A stretch of 64,000 nt of DNA from the human T2T-CHM13v2.0 reference genome, Homo sapiens. The notes beneath the pieces are model-generated. The model saw nothing but the letters and a program-made list of their open reading frames with translations. It was not told where the DNA came from and ran no database searches. Below, piece by piece: positions 1-15,343 of the stretch. Position 1 is the first letter of the stretch. The number at the start of each line of letters is the position of its first letter. The stretch lies in NCBI RefSeq assembly GCF_009914755.1, contig NC_060948.1; one strand, given 5' to 3'. The translations under genes were made by a program, and so were the position numbers.

Positions 1-982
1 TGGAACGGAATAGAGTCAAATGGAATTGAATGGAATGGAATGGACTAGAGTGAAATGGAATCGAACCACAAGGAATGGACAGGAATAGAATGGTCTCGAA
101 TTGAATGGAATCGTATGGAATGGCATCAAACGGAATGGAATGGACAGCCACGGAATGGAATGCACTCGAATGCAATGGAGTCGAAACTAATGGACTGGAA
201 TAGAATGAATTCGACTGGTACGGACTCCAATGGAATGGAATCGAATGGAAGGGAATCGAACGGAATGGACTCGAAGGGAAAAGACTGCAATGGAAAGGTC
301 TCGAATGGAATGGAAATTAATGGAATGGAATGGAATCGAATGAAATGGAGTCAAAAGTAATGGAATCGAATGGCAAGAAATCGAATGTAATGGAATCGCA
401 AGGAATTGATGTGAACGGAACGGAATGGAATGGAATCCAAAGGAATGGAATAGAATGGAATGGAATCGAATGGAAAGGACTCGAATGGAAATCACTCGAA
501 TAGAATGCAATTTAATAAAATAGGATCAAATGTAATGGAATGGAATGGAAAGGAATCGAAACGAAAGGAATGGAGACAGATGGAATGGAATGGAACAGAG
601 AGCAATGGTATAGAATGGAATGGAATCATCAGGAATGGAATTGAATGGAATGGAATAATATGAAATGGAATGGAATGGAATGGAATGGAATGCCCTTGAA
701 TTAAATGGACTGGAATGGAATGGACTCGAACAGAGTGGAATGGAAAGTGTTGAGATAGAATGGAATGGACTCGTTTGGAATGGTCTAGTATGCAATGCAA
801 TCGACTGGCAGGGAATCAAAAGGAATGTAATGGAATGGATTGGACTGGAATGCAATGGACTCGAATAGATTGGAAACGGAATGCAAAGGAATGGAATGGA
901 ATAGTATGGAATGGAATGGAAAGGAATGGAGTGGAATAGACTAGAGTGGAATGGAATGGACTGGAAAGCAATAGACTGGAAT

Positions 983-997
983 GGAACTTTCTTGAAT
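983..997. promoter_or_regulatory. Perfect heat-shock element motif (nGAAnnTTCnnGAAn)
   Basis: gGAActTTCttGAAt; motif match only, binding not shown. Confidence 0.5.
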
Positions 998-3225
998 GGA
1001 CTGGAATCAAACGGAATGGAATGCAATGCAATCAAATGGCATGGAATAAAATAGAATGAAAGAGAATCAAATGGAATTGAATCGAATGGAATCGAATGGA
1101 TTGGAAAGGAATAGAATGGAATGGAATGGAATTGACTCAAATGGAATGGACTAGAATGGAATGGATTCGAATGGAAGGCAAAGGAATGGAATCTATTGGA
1201 ATGGACTGGAATGGAATGGAAGGGATTGGAATGGACTCGAATGGAATGGACTGCAATAGAAAGGATTCGAATGGAATGAAAAAGAATTGAATGGAATAGA
1301 ACAGAATGGAATCAAATCGAATGAAATGGAATGGAATAGAAAGGAATGGAATGAAATGGAATGGAAAGGATTCGAATGGAATGCAATCGAATGGAATGGA
1401 ATCGAACGGAATGGAATAAAATGGAAGAAAACTGGCAAGAAATGGAATCGAAATGAATGGAGTGTTATGGAACGGACTCAAAAGGAATTGAATGTAATAG
1501 AATGGAGTGGAGTGGACTCGAATATAATGGACTGGAATGGAATGAAATCACATGGAATGGGAACGAATGGAATGGAATGGAAAGGAATGGAATCGAATGG
1601 AAAGGAATCGAATGGAAGGGAATGAAATTGAATCAACAGGAATGGAAGGGAATAGAATAGACGGTAATGGAATGGACTCGAATTGAATGGACACGAATGC
1701 TCAAATTGAATGGACAAGAATGGAATGGAAACGAAAGGAATGTCATCGAATGGAATTGAATCGATTGGAATGAAATCGCATAGAATGGAGTGGAATCAAA
1801 TGGAATTGAATCGAAAGGAAAGGAAGCGAATGGACTGAAATGAAATGGAATGGAATTGAATGGAAAGTAATGCAATGGAATAGAATGGAACGAAATTTCA
1901 CGGAATGGAATCAAACTGAATGGAATCAAATCAATGGAATCTAATCAAATGGAATGGAAAGGAATTGAATGGAGTAGATTGGATTGGATGGGATTGGAAT
2001 GAAATGTACTGGAAAGGACTCGAATTTCATGAAACGGAATGGAATGAATTGGAACGGAATGGACTCGAATGGAATGGAATGTCATGGAATGGCATCAAAT
2101 GGAATGGCATCAAATGGAATGGAATCGAATGCAATGGAATGCTATGGAATGGAATGGAATGCATTGGAATGGAATGTCCTCTAATGGAATGGATTCGAGT
2201 GGAATGGAATCGAATATAATGGAGTCGAATGAAATGGAATTGAAAAGAATGGGATCGAATACAATGGAATATACTGGAATGTAATGTAATGAACTCGAAT
2301 GTAATTGACTGGAATGGAATGTACATGAATGGAATGTAATCGAATGGAAAGTAATCCAATGGAATAGAAACTAATGCAATAAAATCGACTCAAATAGAGT
2401 AGAATGTAATGGAATGGAGTGCAGTGCAATGGAATGGAATGGAATGGAATGGAATGCAATGGAATGGAATGGAATGGAATGGAATGGGATGGAATGGTGT
2501 GGAATGGATAGTAATGGACTGGAGTGAAATGGACTGGAAAGGAATGGACTCAAATTGAAAGGGCTCGAAAGGAATGGAGTCAAATGGAATGGTCTGGATT
2601 GGAATGAACACGAATGTAATGCAATCCAATAGAATGGAATCGAATGGCATGGAATATAAAGAAATGGAATCGAAGAGAATGGAAACAAATGGAATGGAAT
2701 TGAATGGAATGGAATTGAATGGAATGGGAACGAATGGAGTGAAATTGTATGCAGTAGAAGAGAATAGAATGGAATGCAAGCGAAAGGAAAGGAATGGATT
2801 GGAATGGAATGGAATTCATTGGAATGGAAGGGAATGTAGTGTAATGGACAGGCCTGGAATAAAGTGGAATGCTACGGTCTCGAATGGAATAAAAATGTAT
2901 GGAATGGAATGCAATGAAACGGAATCGAATGTCATAGAATGTAATGGAATGCAAAAAAATGGAATCCAAAATCATTGACTGGAAAGGCTGGGTGTCGAAA
3001 GGAATTGACTCCAATGGAATGGAATCGAATGGAATGGAAGAGAATAGAATCGAACTAAATCGAATGGAATGGAATTGATAGGAACGGAATGGAAAGGAAT
3101 GCAATCATTTGGCATGGAATGGAATCGAATGGCATCGAATGGAATGGAATGGAATGCAATGGAATGGAATGTATTAGAATGTAATGAACTTTAATGGAAT
3201 GTACTCGAATGGAATCGACTGGAAT

Positions 3226-3240
3226 GGAATGTTCTGGAAG
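3226..3240. promoter_or_regulatory. Perfect heat-shock element motif
   Basis: gGAAtgTTCtgGAAg; motif match only. Confidence 0.5.
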
Positions 3241-3504
3241 TGAATGGACTCCAATGGAATGGATTCAAAAGGAATGGAATCGTACGGAATGGAATCTAAT
3301 GGAATGGAATTAAATGGAAATGAATCAAACTGAATAGAACGGAATTGAATTGAATGGAATCGAATGCAATGGAATCTAATGAAACGGAAAGGAAAGGAAT
3401 GGAATGGAATGGAATGGGCTGGAATGGAAAGGAATCGAAACGAATGGAATGGAATCGAACTGAAGAGACTGGAATGGAATGCACTGGATGGAAGGGAGTG
3501 TAAT

Positions 3505-3519
3505 GGAAGGTTCTCGAAA
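3505..3519. promoter_or_regulatory. Perfect heat-shock element motif
   Basis: gGAAggTTCtcGAAa; motif match only. Confidence 0.5.
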
Positions 3520-4525
3520 AAAATGGAATCGAATGGAATGGAATTGAATGGAACGGAATAGAGTCGAATGGAATTGAATGGAATGGAATGGACTAGAGTG
3601 AAATGGAATCGAACCACAAGGAATGGACAGGAATAGAACGGTCTCGAATTGAATGGAATCGTATGGAATGGCATCAAACGGAATGGAATGGACAGCCACG
3701 GAATGGAATGCACTCGAATGCAATGGAGTCGAAACTAATGGACTGGAATAGAATGGACTCGACTGGTACGGACTCCAATGGAATGGAATCGAATGGAAGG
3801 GAATCGAACGGAATGGACTCGAAGGGAAAAGACTGCAATGGAAAGGTCTCGAATGGAATGGAAATTAATGGAATGGAATGGAATCGAATGAAATGGAGTC
3901 AAAAGGAATGGAATCGAATGGCAAGAAAACGAATGTAATGGAATCGCAAGGAATTGATGTGAACGGAACGGAATGGAATGGAATCCAAAGGAATGGAATA
4001 GAATGGAATGGAATCGAATGGAAAGGACTCGAATGGAAATCACTCGAATAGAATGCAATTTAATAAAATAGGACCAAATGTAATGGAATGGAATGGAAAG
4101 GAATCGAAACGAAAGGAATGGAGACAGATGGAATGGAATGGAACAGAGAGCAATGGTATAGAATGGAATGGAATCATCTGGAATGGAATTGAATGGAATG
4201 GAATAACATGAAATGGACTGGAATGGAATGGAATGCCCTTGAATTAAATGGACTGGAATGGAATGGACTCGAACAGAGTGGAATGGAAAGTGTTGAAATA
4301 GAATGGAATGGACTGGTTTGGAATGGTCTAGTATGCAATGCAATCGACTGGCAGGGAATCAAAAGGAATGTAATCGAATGGATTGGACTGGAATGCAATG
4401 GACTCGAATAGATTGGAAACGGAATGCAAAGGAATGGAATGGAATAGTATGGAATGGAATGGAAAGGAATGGAGTGGAATAGACTAGAGTGGAATGGAAT
4501 GGACTCGAAAGCAATGGACTGGAAT

Positions 4526-4540
4526 GGAACTTTCTTGAAT
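4526..4540. promoter_or_regulatory. Perfect heat-shock element motif (copy of 983)
   Basis: gGAActTTCttGAAt. Confidence 0.5.
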
Positions 4541-6768
4541 GGACTGGAATCAAACGGAATGGAATGCAATGCAATCAAATGGCATGGAATAAAATAGAAT
4601 GAAAGAGAATCAAATGGAATTGAATCGAATGGAATCGAATGGATTGGAAAGGAATAGAATGGAATGGAATGGAATTGACTCAAATGGAATGGACTAGAAT
4701 GGAATGGATTCGAATGGAAGGCAAAGGAATGGAATCTATTGGAATGGACTGTAATGGAATGCAATGGAAGGGATTGGAATGGACTCGAATGGAATGGACT
4801 GCAATAGAAAGGATTCGAATGGAATGAAAAAGAATTGAATGGAATAGAACAGAATGGAATCAAATCGAATGAAATGGAATGGAATAGAAAGGAATGGAAT
4901 GAAATGGAATGGAAAGGATTCGAATGGAATGCAATCGAATGGAATGTAATCGAACGCAATGGAATAAAATGGAAGAAAACTGGCAAGAAATGGAATCGAA
5001 ATGAATGGAGTGTTATGGAACGGACTCAAAAGGAATTGAATGTAATAGAATGGAGTGGAGTGGACTCGAATATAATGGACTGGAATGGAATGAAATCACA
5101 TGGAATGGGAACGAATGGAATGGAATGGAAAGGAATGGAATCGAATGGAAAGGAATCGAATGGAAGGGAATGAAATTGAATCAACAGGAATGGAAGGGAA
5201 TAGAATAGACGGTAATGGAATGGACTCGAATAGAATGGACACAAATGCTCAAATTGAATGGACTCGAATGGAATGGAAACGAAAGGAATGTCATCGAATG
5301 GAATTGAATCGATTGGAATGAAATAGCATAGAATGGAGTGGAATCAAATGGAATTGAATCGAAAGGAAAGGAAGCGAATGGACTGAAATGAAATGGAATG
5401 GAATTGAATGGAAAGTTATGTAATGGAATAGAATGGAACGAAATTTCACAGGATGCAATCAAACTGAAAGGAATCAAATCAATGGAATCAAATCAAATGG
5501 AATGGAAAGGAATTGAATGGAGTAGATTGGATTGGATGGGATTGGAATGAAATGTACTGGAAAGGACTCGAATTTCATGAAACGGAATGGAATGAATTGG
5601 AACGGAACGGACTCGAATGGAATGGAATGTCATGGAATGGCATCAAATGGAATGGCATCAAATGGAATGGAATCGAATGCAATGGAGTGCTATGGAATGG
5701 AATGGAATGCATTGGAATGGAATGTCCTCTAATGGAATGGATTCGAGTGGAATGGAATCGAATATAATGGAGTCGAATGAAATGGAATTGAAAGGAATGG
5801 GATCGAATACAATGGAATATACTGGAATGTAATGTAATGAACTCGAATGTAATTGACTGGAATGGAATGTATATGAATGGAATGTAATTGAATGGAAAGT
5901 AATCCAATGGAATAGAATCTAATGCAATAAAATCGACTCAGATAGAGTAGAATGTAATGGAATGGAGTGCAGTGAAATGGAATGGAATGGAATGGAATGC
6001 AATGGAATGGAATGGAATGGAATGGAATGGGATGGAATGGTGTGGAATGGATAGTAATGGACTGGAGTGAAATGGACTGGAAAGGAATGGACTCAAATTG
6101 AAAGGGCTCGAAAGGAATGGAGTCAAATGGAATGGTCTGGAATGGAATGAACACGAATGTAATGCAATCCAATAGAATGGAATCGAATGGCATGGAATAT
6201 AAAGAAATGGAATCGAAGAGAATGGAAACAAATGGAATGGAATTGAATGGAATGGAATTGAATGGAATGGGAACGAATGGAGTGAAATTGTATGCAGTAG
6301 AAGAGAATAGAATGGAATGCAAGCGAAAGGAAAGGAATGGATTGGAATGGAATGGAATTCCTTGGAATGGAAGGGAATGTAGTGTAATGGACAGGCCTGG
6401 AATAAAGTGGAATGCTACGGTCTCGAATGGAATAAAAATGTATGGAATGGAATGCAATGAAACGGAATCGAATGTCATAGAATGAAATGGAATGCAAAAA
6501 AATGGAATCCAAAATCATTGACTGGAAAGGCTGGGTGTCGAAAGGAATTGACTCCAATGGAATGGAATCGAATGGAATGGAAGTGAATAGAATCGAACTA
6601 AATCGAATGGAATGGAATTGATAGGAACGGAATGGAAAGGAATGCAATGATTTGGCATGGAATGCAATCGAATGGCATCGAATGGAATGGAATGGAATGC
6701 AATGGAATGGAATGTATTAGAATGTAATGAACTTTAATGGAATGTACTCGAATGGATTCGACTGGAAT

Positions 6769-6783
6769 GGAATGTTCTGGAAG
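6769..6783. promoter_or_regulatory. Perfect heat-shock element motif (copy of 3226)
   Basis: gGAAtgTTCtgGAAg. Confidence 0.5.
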
Positions 6784-7048
6784 TGAATGGACTCCAATGG
6801 AATGGATTCAAAAGGAATGGAATCGTACGGAATGGAATCTAATGGAATGGAATTAAATGGAAATGAATCAAATTGAATAGCACGGAATTGAATTGAATGG
6901 AATCGAATGCAATGGAATCTAATGAAACGGAAAGGAAAGGAATGGAATGGAATGGAATGGGCTGGAATGGAAAGGAATCGAAACGAATGGAATGGAATCG
7001 AACTGAAGAGACTGGAATGGAATGCACTGGAATGGAAGGGAGTGTAAT

Positions 7049-7063
7049 GGAAGGTTCTCGAAA
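7049..7063. promoter_or_regulatory. Perfect heat-shock element motif (copy of 3505)
   Basis: gGAAggTTCtcGAAa. Confidence 0.5.
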
Positions 7064-8069
7064 AAAATGGAATCGAATGGAATGGAATTGAATGGAACGG
7101 AATAGAGTCGAATGGAATTGAATGGAATGGAATGGACTAGAGTGAAATGGAATCGAACCACAAGGAATGGACAGGAATAGAATGGTCTCGAATTGAATGG
7201 AATCGTATGGAATGGCATCAAACGGAATGGAATGGACAGCCACGGAATGGAATGCACTCGAATGCAATGGAGTCGAAACTAATGGACTGGAATAGAATGG
7301 ACTCGACTGGTACGGACTCCAATGGAATGGAATCGAATGGAAGGGAATCGAACGGAATGGACTCGAAGGGAAAAGACTGCAATGGAGAGGTCTCGAATGG
7401 AATGGAAATTAATGGAATGGAATGGAATCGAATGAAATGGAGTCAAAAGGAATGGAATCGAATGGCAAGAAATCGAATGTAATGGAATCGCAAGGAATTG
7501 ATGTGAACGGAACGGAATGGAATGGAATCCAAAGGAATGGAATAGAATGGAATGGAATCGAATGGAAAGGACTCGAATGGAAATCACTCGAATAGAATGC
7601 AATTTAATAAAATAGGATCAAATGTAATGGAATGGAATGGAAAGGAATCGAAACGAAAGGAATGGAGACAGATGGAATGGAATGGAACAGAGAGCAATGG
7701 TATAGAATGGAATGGAATCATCTGGAATGGAATTGAATGGAATGGAATAACATGAAATGGACTGGAATGGAATGGAATGCCCTTGAATTAAATGGACTGG
7801 AATGGAATGGACTCGAACAGAGTGGAATGGAAAGTGTTGAAATAGAATGGAATGGACTGGTTTGGAATGGTCTAGTATGCAATGCAATCGACTGGCAGGG
7901 AATCAAAAGGAATGTAATCGAATGGATTGGACTGGAATGCAATGGACTCGAATAGATTGGAAACGGAATGCAAAGGAATGGAATGGAATAGTATGGAATG
8001 GAATGGAAAGGAATGGAGTGGAATAGACTAGAGTGGAATGGAATGGACTCGAAAGCAATGGACTGGAAT

Positions 8070-8084
8070 GGAACTTTCTTGAAT
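8070..8084. promoter_or_regulatory. Perfect heat-shock element motif (copy of 983)
   Basis: gGAActTTCttGAAt. Confidence 0.5.
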
Positions 8085-10213
8085 GGACTGGAATCAAACG
8101 GAATGGAATGCAATGCAATCAAATGGCATGGAATAAAATAGAATGAAAGAGAATGAAATGGAATTGAATCGAATGGAATCGAATGGGTTGGAAAGGAATA
8201 GAATGGAATGGAATGGAATTGACTCAAATGGAATGGACTAGAATGGAATGGATTCGAATGGAAGGCAAAGGAATGGAATCTATTGGAATGGACTGTAATG
8301 GAATGGAATGGAAGGGATTGGAATGGACTCGAATGGAATGGACTGCAATAGAAAGGATTCGAATGGAATGAAAAAGAATTGAATGGAATAGAACAGAATG
8401 GAATCAAATCGAATGAAATGGAATGGAATAGAAAGGAATGGAATGAAATGGAATGGAAAGGATTCGAATGGAATGCAATCGAATGGAATGTAATCGAACG
8501 CAATGGAATAAAATGGAAGAAAACTGGCAAGAAATGGAATCGAAATGAATGGAGTGTTATGGAACGGACTCAAAAGGAATTGAATGTAATAGAATGGAGT
8601 GGAGTGGACTCGAATATAATGGACTGGAATGGAATGAAATCACATGGAATGGGAACGAATGGAATGGAATGGAAAGGAATGGAATCGAATGGAAAGGAAT
8701 CGAATGGAAGGGAATGAAATTGAATCAACAGGAATGGAAGGGAATAGAATAGACGGTAATGGAATGGACTCGAATAGAATGGACACGAATGCTCAAATTG
8801 AATGGACTCGAATGGAATGGAAACGAAAGGAATGTCATCGAATGGAATTGAATCGATTGGAATGAAATCGCATAGAATGGAGTGGAATCAAATGGAATTG
8901 AATCGAAAGGAAAGGAAGCGAATGGACTGAAATGAAATGGAATGGAATTGAATGGAAAGTAATGCAATGGAATAGAATGGAACGAAATTTCACGGAATGG
9001 AATCAAACTGAATGGAATCAAATCAATGGAATCAAATCAAATGGAATGGAAAGGAATTGAATGGAGTAGATTGGATTGGATGGGATTGGAATGAAATGTA
9101 CTGGAAAGGACTCGAATTTCATGAAACGGAATGGAATGAATTGGAACGGAATGGACTCGAATGGAATGGAATGTCATGGAATGGCATCAAATGGAATGGC
9201 ATCAAATGGAATGGAATCGAATGCAATGGAATGCTATGGAATGGAATGGAATGCATTGGAATGGAATGTCCTCTAATGGAATGGATTCGAGTGGAATGGA
9301 ATCGAATATAATGGAGTCGAATGAAATGGAATTGAAAGGAATGGGATCGAATACAATGGAATATACTGGAATGTAATGTAATGAACTCGAATGTATTTGA
9401 CTGGAATGGAATGTACATGAATGGAATGTAATCGAATGGAAAGTAATCCAATGGAATAGAATCATATATGATATATAATATATGTATAATATTGTTTTAC
9501 ATCCTGCATCTTATGTTGTATATATTGTATAAAATATAATAATTGATTATATATACTTTTATAACATAATTTACATAAAATATCATAATATAATATATAT
9601 TATATTATTTCATATTACATAATATATATTACATATCACCCAATATAAGTAACATACATAATATTATAATATAGATTATATTATGTTATATTAAATATCA
9701 TATATATTATGTATCATATATTCTATAATATATATTATACATTATATAATATGTATGTTGTCTATTATGTGATATATATAACTATACATATAATTATATT
9801 ATTATACGTATAACTAGATAAACATGTAATTCTACATATTTTCATTTATAATATATAGAATTATATAATGATATATAATTATGTATATTCTATAAAAAAT
9901 TATATCATTATATAAATTATAATATATAAAAATTATAATATGTACTACAAATATATATATTATATATCATATATGATATAGTACCTTTGTTATATATCAT
10001 AATACATATAAATGTGTATTATGTTATCTATAATTATATAATTTCATATATAAGATGTATAATATGTATCATATATTATATATGTTATGTAATATACATA
10101 GTATATATAAGATGACACAGGATAAATATTATATACTATGACATATAAAATATATCCGGTTATATGTTACATATAAGGCATAGCACATAACATGTAATAT
10201 ATATCATATATAA

Positions 10214-10504
<291 letters not shown>

Positions 10505-11080
10505 AGATCCATATTTTTTAAATGAAAAAAAATTTCAAAGATACTCTGCTTGGTACAATAATCAAATGTATAAACTGAGGAATAAAACATAACCATGAAA
10601 CCTACTTATAACTGCATATGGAAAATACAGAGGATAATTTTTTAAATAACATATTTTGAAAGCCTTAACTAGTAATTTGAAGAGCTGGCATTTGAAAGGC
10701 CAGTATGAATATACCTTCAAAGCAGCAACACAGGTTTCCCCAAGAGAAAAAGCAAACACAGGGAAAATAAAAACACAAAGGTTCAATCTCTTCTGACCTT
10801 TGAAAGACACAGCACAGACAGTGGTCCTTAGGACGAAGAGCAGGAGACCCCTAATTCCGTCACCATGGCGATAGGGCATAAACATTGCTGGGTGAGGGCA
10901 CAATCCACATTGTGAGGTCCAACTGCTGCCAGGAAGACAGGAGTGCTTTTACATAGACCGAAAGGTCATTGAAGGCTCAGAATTTTGTTTCAAGAACTGA
11001 ATCCCAAGCCCACACGTTATTAGGCTGCGCTTCTTAAAACAAGTTATGAGATGGGAAAAAGGGCACCCACAAACATACGT
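10505..11080. repeat. HSATI-type complex segment of DYZ2 (representative copy; one per unit)
   Basis: Complex, moderately GC sequence between the Alu 5' end and the AT-rich domain, nearly identical in all units. Name taken from known DYZ2 composition; right boundary approximate. Confidence 0.8.
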
Positions 11081-12925
<1,845 letters not shown>

Positions 12926-15028
12926 AGATCCATATTTTTTAAATGAAAAAAAATTTCAAAGGTACTCTGCTTGGTACAATAATGAAATGTATAAACTGAG
13001 GAATAAAACATAACCATGAAACCTACTTATAAATGCATATGGAAAATACATAGGATAATTTTTTAAATAACATATTTTGAAAGCCTTAACTAGTAATTTG
13101 AAGAGTTGGCATTTGAAAGGCCAGTATGAATATACCTTCAAAGCAGCAACACAGGTTCCCCATGAGAAAAAGCAAACTCAGGGAAAATAAAACCACAAAG
13201 GTTCAATCTCTTCTGACCTTTGAAAGACACAGCACAGACAGTGGTCCTTAGGACGAAGAGCAGGAGACCCCTAATTCCGTCACCATGGCGATAGGGCATA
13301 AACATTGCTGGGTGAGGGCACAATCCACATTGTGAGGTCCAACTGCTGCCAGGAAGACAGGAGTGCTTTTACATAGACCGAAAGGTCATTGAAGGCTCAG
13401 AGTTTTGTTTCAAGAACTGAATCCCAAGCCCACACGTTATTAGGCTGCGCTTCTTAAAACAAGTTATGAGATGGGAAAAAGGGCACCCACAAACATACGT
13501 ATACATTATGTATATAATAATATACAGTATCATATATATAATATATATAACCTATGTATAATATTGTTTTACATCCTGCATCTTATGTTATATATATTGT
13601 ATAAAATATAATAATTGATAATATATAAGTTTTATATTTATACAATATGACATATAGTATATATTATAATTTATGACATATATAATATATGTTATATATC
13701 ATATATAGAATATATTATACGGTTAATATACGTATTAAATATAAATTATACATTATATATATTATATATATTATATCTGTTATATATAATACCCATTATG
13801 CATAATATATATATTATGTCTATGATATATATAGTACAAAACAACATATAATAATATATAATTGTATATATAAAATGCGACATATAATATATATTATATT
13901 TTATGACATATGTAATATATATTATATATTATATATAATGCGTTGTATGTATAATACCTATATTAAATATACATTACATGACTATGTTATTAATTACATG
14001 TCACATGTGTTATATATTATTTATTTTACATAGAATATACCGGTTACATACAATATATAGTATGTTACCTATAATGTATAATTTATTACATGTAAAATAA
14101 AGAATGCAATATATTATGTATAATTTATAATATACAATATGTGGAATGTGATATATATAACATATAATATATGATATATGATATAGAGTATATGATATAT
14201 AACATACAATATATGATACCTAATATATATGATATACAATATATATTTTATGATATGTATTCTATATGTTATATATTCTGTTATATATAACTGTTTGAAA
14301 TTATATATAACTGTATAATATTTTAGGTAAATATGTAATATAATATATATAACTTTATAATATATTATATATAACTATATATTATGTTATATATACTTTT
14401 ATAACATAATTTACATAAAATATCATAATATAATATATATTATATTATTTCATATTACATAATATATATTACATATCACCCAATATAAGTAACATACATA
14501 ATATTATAATATAGATTATATTATCTTATATTAAATATCATATATATCATGTATCATATATTCTATAATATATATTATACATTATATAATATGTATGTTG
14601 TCTATTATGTGATATATATAACTATATATAATTATATTATTATACATATAACTAGATAAACATGTAATTCTACATATTTTCATTTATAATATATAGAATT
14701 ATATAATCATATATAATTATTTATATTCTATAAAAAATTATATCATTATATAAATTAGAATATATAAAAATTATAATATGTACTACAAACATATATATTA
14801 TATATCATATATGATATAGTACCTTTGTTATATATCATAATACATATAAATGTGTATTATGTTATCTATAATTATATAATTTCATATATAAGATGTATAA
14901 TATGTATTATTTATTATATACGTTATGTAATATATATAGTATATATAAGCTGACACAGGATAAATATTATATACTATGACATATAAAATATATGAGGTTA
15001 TATGTTACATATAAGGCATAGCATATAA

Positions 15029-15343
<315 letters not shown>

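Larger units (their letters stand above)
2853..6395 (+). repeat. One complete DYZ1 unit (HaeIII to HaeIII, 3543 bp)
   Basis: ACAGGCCTGG context at 2848-2857 and 6391-6400. Confidence 0.9.
1..9463 (+). repeat. DYZ1: DYZ1 / HSat3 satellite array, diverged (GGAAT)n, ~3.54-kb higher-order unit, ~2.7 copies
   Basis: Continuous GGAAT-derived pentamers. Landmarks recur at 3543-3548 bp spacing (ORF anchors 55/3603/7147, 1287/4835/8379). HaeIII GGCC at 2851 and 6394 and EcoRI GAATTC at 2812 and 6355 fit the classic male-specific ~3.4-kb fragment. Adjacent to DYZ2. Confidence 0.95.

Noticed and set aside
1-9463. HSat2 or telomeric repeat assignment
   Set aside because: No TTAGGG, and the HSat2 CATTCGATTC...GATGAT pattern does not dominate. 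The 3.54-kb period and DYZ2 adjacency indicate DYZ1/HSat3.
55-9465. Dozens of ORFs rich in MEWNG / FHSIP (up to 270 aa)
   Set aside because: Direct translation of the (GGAAT)n pentamer, which has no stop codon in any frame when pure. ORF ends vary between copies and no protein domain is evident.
10859-10914. Strong Kozak-like GTCACCATGGCG on the + strand
   Set aside because: Followed by a stop after about 16 codons, with no promoter or splice evidence.
10775-10980. Short hairpins (CAAAGGT/ACCTTTG, CACAAT/ATTGTG) and AGGTCA / CTTTGAA factor motifs in HSATI
   Set aside because: 6-9 bp matches are expected by chance, and identity across units is not evidence of selection.
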